From assembly GCA_038227875.1 (NCBI GenBank), contig JBBRPR010000103.1:1-16739 (forward strand): a stretch of DNA of 16,739 nucleotides, in the 5' to 3' direction. The notes below the pieces were generated by a model that saw only the letters and a program-made list of their open reading frames with translations, made no database searches and had not been told where the DNA came from. The number at the start of each line of letters is the position of its first letter. The stretch's first letter is position 1. Of this stretch, positions 14,701 to 16,739 are shown one piece after another. The stretch is from Planctomycetota bacterium. Its GTDB lineage: Bacteria; Planctomycetota; SZUA-567; H5-PLA8. Position numbers and translations under genes: made by a program.

Positions 14701-14866
14701 GGATCTCGCGGCGGCGCTGGCGCCATTTGGCCTGACGAACGCCGAGGCCAAGCGCACAGCCGTGACGGTTCGCGCCACGGTGGTTTTCGCCGGGCAGATC
14801 AATCTCATCAATGCTACTTTGCACTACACCGCTCGGAAGAATATTAGCGGCAGCACGTCGAAGTAA
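11774..14866 (+). CDS. Secreted/surface protein: signal peptide, six ~105-aa Ig-like repeats, Big_1-like domain, PKD domain, DxDGDG Ca-binding motif, C-terminal domain; 1030 aa
   Basis: TTG start with AAGGAG SD at 7-nt spacing. Signal ends in NVSA|AT. Repeats follow PF.V.V.A.D...T.V....G.G.L.G.L.G.I.AG......Y......LTA..G..L. SGNSQTA...TDALGLA is Big_1-like; AWQFGDG...SHGYAAAGTY is PKD; DSDGDGFSDAYE...GTNPND. Confidence 0.85.
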   Translation: MIRIFAPSLFFILLLSAGNVSAATPVKLATTSVSASPTDVAPFSVTVQAQDSNSASANVVANTTVALALTAGNGDLFGSLIAVIPAGQSSITFTLVKYDLAEAGVILTAFATMGDALSAGTSAPFTVLPGAATALAINVPNGTANGTAPFAVNVRAIDALQNTAPVAADTAVTITLAAGSGVLGGTLSGVILAGQTSIALPITYSKPEANVRLRVARTSGDALTSATTFFNVADNAIKLFAFAPLNATAGVPFNVQVNAVDANGNSAPVTSSTTVVLTKALGFGALTGNLTGVISAGNSSVTFTNLSYDSVDSVKLTASATDGDALTAFTTSAFPVGAAATPPVKLLASTFGPITAGAPFTVRVISADGSGNTKAVRSNTAVTVVLKTGTGTISGVIGGTIPAGSFLIDLTAVAYSKPESGVVFTATASGGDALSSADTTPFTVLGAPTAVTADIFGLPSANSPFDVSITAVDGSGLPTRVLADTAVSINAAPAAGTGTFGGTLTGVIPAGASSVDLTITYSKGENGVALTATSGGLGSGTSATFNVGPAATKLIVSAPAPGTPTATQPFSVIVTAVDGSNAPARLPADTMVTIGKSAGAGTLGGALTGTIAAGNNFTTIYGITYSQADTGVVLTASGSGLATGSGAAFNVNALPSPGAPTRIDIRSGNSQTAAAGSPVALAPTVLVRDSHFFPLAGATVIFTATGGAGSVNGSTTTTDALGLAQVGSWTLGIIGGKNTLTATVGGISVNITATATGGTGLLQFSSGPLATPQPAGVGQTIQFSAATNLQSTFAWQFGDGSGDASGNSTTSHGYAAAGTYIAAVTASSPPQSITGNLTITVNAPLVGVGNDSDGDGFSDAYEVAAGTNPNDASSVPFSTANVTATPVVGATFGAKLNFKKAHSDSVSISGIIPIPAGLTVAGAQLGVTIGSFIKIFPLDVHARGKSGGDSAAVAIKSVKGKVPLQNSKFTIKLSREDLAAALAPFGLTNAEAKRTAVTVRATVVFAGQINLINATLHYTARKNISGSTSK

Positions 14867-14927
14867 AATATTCATCGGACGAAACTTCCTAATCAATTCA
14901 GTCCGTTCTAGGTGCACTTGTGCAAAG

Positions 14928-14953
14928 TTTTCGGTTTAATTCCTGACCGAAAA
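14928..14953. promoter_or_regulatory. 8-bp inverted repeat in the AT-rich region upstream of the last gene
   Basis: TTTTCGGT-N10-ACCGAAAA. Confidence 0.35.
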
Positions 14954-15041
14954 TGGCACAGATTGTAGTAAAAGATACATCCAGAAGTGCGCCGTTCATC
15001 ACCACGACTCTGACCTGTCTCAATCTTCACCGGGGGAATTC

Positions 15042-16739
15042 ATGGCTGCTCTGCTCCGGATGTCTCGTCTGCTCTTCTGCGCGTGGGTAGTCCTGACTGC
15101 CGCGACACTGCACGCCGCTACATATAATGTGGGGCTGGGGCAGACCTACGCGACGATCGGCGCAGTTCCGCCGCTGAATCCTGGCGATCTGGTTCAGGTG
15201 AATTCCGGCACATACAACGAAGTGGTGCGCTGGACGCGCGCGGGTACCGCGGCGAATCCGATCGTGATCCGCGGCGTGGGCGCGACGCGGCCGATCGTCG
15301 ACGCGACCGGCAAGACCGTCGACGGCGCGCTGCCCAATCCGCGCGCGGTCTTTCAGATCGAAGCGAGCTACATCACGATCGACAACATTGAATTCATCAA
15401 CGCGCGCAATGGCAACAACGGTTCGGGCGTGCGGGTGACGTCCGGCGGACCCACGACGGATTTCGTCACGATCAAGAATTGCAAAATCACCAACTGCGAC
15501 ATGGGCATGCAGTCGGACGGCAACGACAACCTGCTGATCGAATCCTGCGAGATCGCGTTGAACGGGACGAGTTCCTTCTCCGGCGGCAGCCACAATTTGT
15601 ATCTGAACGGAAACAAGACCACCGTGCGCTTCTGCTACATTCACGACTCGCTGTACGGCCAGAATTTCAAAACGCGCGGGCATTACACCGAGCTGCTCTA
15701 CAACACGATCTCCAATTCTCAGGACGGGGAGATCGGATTTGTGGATTCCACGCTGACCGCCACCGCCAACAGCAACGCGGTGATGATCGGCAACCTGATC
15801 GTCAGCAAGGTGCGGGGCAGCGCCTGGAATACCAATCGCTTCATTCAATTCGGGCAGGACTTGGGCGGGACGCATTCGGGAACGCTCTACGCGATCAACA
15901 ACACGTTCGTCGCAGCCGAGACCAAGATCACGTACGTGGATTGCAACGTCGCCGGTAGCGCAGCGGTGCTGACGAACAACATTCTCACCGGCAGCGACAA
16001 AGTCGCGACGGGGGTGGGCCCCTGCAGCGGCACCAACAACTGGCTGCAGAGCACTGCGATAATTCCCGCGGGCGTGACCGGCAGCACGCTGGGTTCTTCG
16101 CCGAGCCTCGTGAACATCAGCGGCCGCGATTACCACTTGGTCTCGGGTTCCGCCTGCATCGACCGCGGCGCCGCTGCGCCGACTTATCTGAACGGCACCG
16201 GGGTCAGCCAGAGCGGTGTGCCGGCGTTTGAATACGTCAACGATCTGAGCAGCGTCGCGCGCACCGCCAGCGGCACGCTCGATATTGGCGCCTACGAATT
16301 CCACGCCGCCGGCGTCGCGCCGACGATCACCAGCAATCCCGCGAACGCAACCGTGACCGCCGGGCAGACGGCGACGTTCACGGTTTCGGCAACAGGAACG
16401 GCGACGCTGACGTACCAGTGGCAGAAGAACACCGTCAACATTTCGGGTGCGACGGCCGCGTCGTACACGACCCCGGCGACGACCACCGCGGATAACGGCG
16501 CGACGTTCCGCTGCGTGGTCACCAACTCCGTGAGCAGCGCGACCAGCAATTCGGCGACGCTGACGGTGAACGCCGCGCCGGTGGGGCCTACGATCACCGG
16601 CAATCCAGCAAACGCGACCGTCACCGCGGGACAGACGGCGACGTTCACGGTTTCGGCAACAGGAACGGCGACGCTGACGTACCAGTGGCAGAAGAACACC
16701 GTCAACATTTCGGGCGCGACAGCCGCTTCGTACACGACC
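15042..16739 (+). CDS. Secreted right-handed beta-helix (pectin-lyase-like fold) protein with tandem Ig domains; 3' truncated, at least 566 aa; missing from the ORF track
   Basis: Own translation: MAALLRMSRLLFCAWVVLTAATLHA|ATYNVGLGQTYATIGAV...PGDLVQVNSGTYNE...GTAANPIVIRG...ITIDNIEF...HNLYL...NFKTRG...DYHLVSGSACIDRG...DIGAYEF...PTITSNPANATVTAGQTATFTVSATGTATLTYQWQKN. No stop seen to the window end. GGGGGA SD; alternative in-frame ATG at 15060. Confidence 0.88.
   Translation, partial: MAALLRMSRLLFCAWVVLTAATLHAATYNVGLGQTYATIGAVPPLNPGDLVQVNSGTYNEVVRWTRAGTAANPIVIRGVGATRPIVDATGKTVDGALPNPRAVFQIEASYITIDNIEFINARNGNNGSGVRVTSGGPTTDFVTIKNCKITNCDMGMQSDGNDNLLIESCEIALNGTSSFSGGSHNLYLNGNKTTVRFCYIHDSLYGQNFKTRGHYTELLYNTISNSQDGEIGFVDSTLTATANSNAVMIGNLIVSKVRGSAWNTNRFIQFGQDLGGTHSGTLYAINNTFVAAETKITYVDCNVAGSAAVLTNNILTGSDKVATGVGPCSGTNNWLQSTAIIPAGVTGSTLGSSPSLVNISGRDYHLVSGSACIDRGAAAPTYLNGTGVSQSGVPAFEYVNDLSSVARTASGTLDIGAYEFHAAGVAPTITSNPANATVTAGQTATFTVSATGTATLTYQWQKNTVNISGATAASYTTPATTTADNGATFRCVVTNSVSSATSNSATLTVNAAPVGPTITGNPANATVTAGQTATFTVSATGTATLTYQWQKNTVNISGATAASYTT
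16320..16739 (+). repeat. Intragenic 267-bp (89-aa) tandem duplication encoding Ig domains
   Basis: Copy 1 starts near 16320 and copy 2 near 16587 (truncated). 16365-16447 is identical to 16632-16714. Confidence 0.93.

Noticed and set aside
14954..14968. Sigma54 promoter (TGGCAC...)
   Set aside because: The -24 element is present but there is no TTGC at the required -12 spacing (reads TGGCACAGATTGTAG).
16320..16739. Possible diversity-generating retroelement TR/VR pair
   Set aside because: Mismatches include G/T, G/C and T/C at third codon positions and are not adenine-specific. Both copies are in-frame domains and no reverse transcriptase is present.

Overview
GC-rich bacterial DNA, Planctomycetota-like on protein style (RFSLRTL-type N-terminus on a WD40 protein, PKD/Ig surface proteins); the taxonomy is an inference. 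There are 10 complete CDSs and two truncated ones. In order: the first 3 codons of a minus-strand gene; a 550-bp intergenic region dense in hairpins with a strong bidirectional terminator; a GH101/GH129-like (DUF5696) glycoside hydrolase (-); an AT-rich divergent control region with a perfect 20-bp palindrome; a membrane-anchored ConA-like protein; an exported GyrI-like protein; a DUF4832-type putative glycoside hydrolase; a four-gene operon (PhyH-type Fe/2OG enzyme with HxG in place of HxD, AstE/AspA Zn deacylase, LRA5-like SDR, mandelate-racemase-subgroup enolase); a convergent WD40 protein anchored at both ends; a 1030-aa Ig/PKD surface protein; and a secreted beta-helix plus Ig-repeat protein that runs off the window and is absent from the ORF track. 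Best leads: the halogenase-like motif inside an apparent acid-sugar catabolic operon with a 21-bp-phased direct-repeat operator, 7-mer tandem arrays after stop codons, several REP-like element types, and a candidate C-terminal sorting domain. No rRNA, tRNA, CRISPR array or transposase was seen. Family calls come from motif recognition, not database searches.
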